Origin: Felis catus
Taxonomy: Eukaryota
Assembly (NCBI RefSeq): GCF_018350175.1
Contig: NC_058368.1
Span: 153,452,001-153,516,000 of the forward strand
Direction of reading: 5' to 3'
Length of the DNA stretch: 64,000 nt
The position numbers and the translations under genes are program-made. This document shows, in pieces, positions 63,292 through 64,000 of the stretch (its first letter is position 1; every line of letters starts with the position of its first letter). The notes beneath the pieces are model-generated. The model was given only the letters and a program-made list of their open reading frames with translations, did no database searches and was not told the DNA's origin.

Positions 63292-64000
63292 ACATCTTCT
63301 TTATCCATTCATTCATGGATGGACATTTTGGCTCTTTCCATACTTTGACTATTGTTGATAGTGCTGATATTAACATGTGCCCCTTCAAAACAGCATACCT
63401 GTATCTCTTGGATACATAGCTAGTAGTGCAGTTGCTGGGTCACAGGGTAGTTCTATTTTTAGTTTTTTGAGGAACCTCCATACAGTTTTCCAGAGTGGCT
63501 GCACCAGCTTGCACTCCCACAAACAATGCAAAAGAGATCCTCTTTCTCCACATCCTCACCAACATCTGTTGTTGCCTGAGTTGTTAATGTTAGCCATTCT
63601 GACAGGTGTGAGGTGGTATTTCATTGTGGTTTTGATTTGTATTTCCCTGATGATGAGCGATGAGCATTTTTTCATGTGTTGGTTGGCCATCTGGATGTCT
63701 TCTTTGGAGAAGTGTGTATTCATGTCTTTTGCCCATTTCTTCACTGGATTATTTGTTTTTTGGGTGTTGAGTTTGAGAAATTCTTGATAGATTTTGGATT
63801 CTAACCCTTTATCTGATATGTCGTTTGCAAGTATCTTGTCCCATTTTGTCGGTTGCCTTTTAGTTTTGCTGATTGTTTCCTTCACTGTGCAGAAGCTTTT
63901 TATTTTGATGAGGTCCCAGTAGTTCACTTTTGCCTTTGTTTCCCTTGTGTCCAGAGATGTGTTGAGTAAGAAGTTGCTGCAGCCAAGATCAAAGAGGTTT
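62844..64000 (-). mobile_element. Carnivore/felid L1 3' part (ORF2 C-terminus plus 3' UTR), running off the window, with (TG)n(TA)n at ~63206-63289
   Basis: ORF2 peptides [32 protein letters not shown] (63556-63927) and WKEPKCPS; 3' UTR shared with 47226-47545. Confidence 0.96.

Noticed and set aside
1..64000. CRISPR array, operon, defence island or other novel multi-gene system
   Set aside because: Mammalian intron-like DNA; no regularly spaced repeat-spacer array and no intact non-transposon ORFs

Overview
Mammalian, almost certainly felid, genomic DNA: AT-rich, CpG-poor and dense in carnivore tRNA-derived Can-SINEs of the felid (SINEC_Fc-like) type. It looks like 64 kb of a long intron of a gene transcribed on the + strand. 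Support: one strong candidate exon at 57326-57538, 21 of 28 SINEs on the - strand, and six 3'-anchored carnivore-type L1 pieces and the retrocopy also on -. I could not identify the host gene. No intact protein-coding gene is present. The only recognisable gene-derived sequence is a full-length processed cytochrome c (CYCS) pseudogene (~35990-37297, -) inserted into a MIR. The rest is 28 Can-SINEs (most with visible TSDs), 5'-truncated L1s, MaLR/ERVL LTRs, MER5/MER81 hAT elements, MIR/L2 relics and microsatellites. I found no evidence for a new multi-gene system. The best leads are the exon with its upstream ATGs, the re-opened ORF in the CYCS retrocopy, repeated retrotransposition into the same target sites, a SINE with a double tail, two palindromes and CTCF-like motifs. 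Repeat subfamily names come from recalled consensus sequences, not from a database search.
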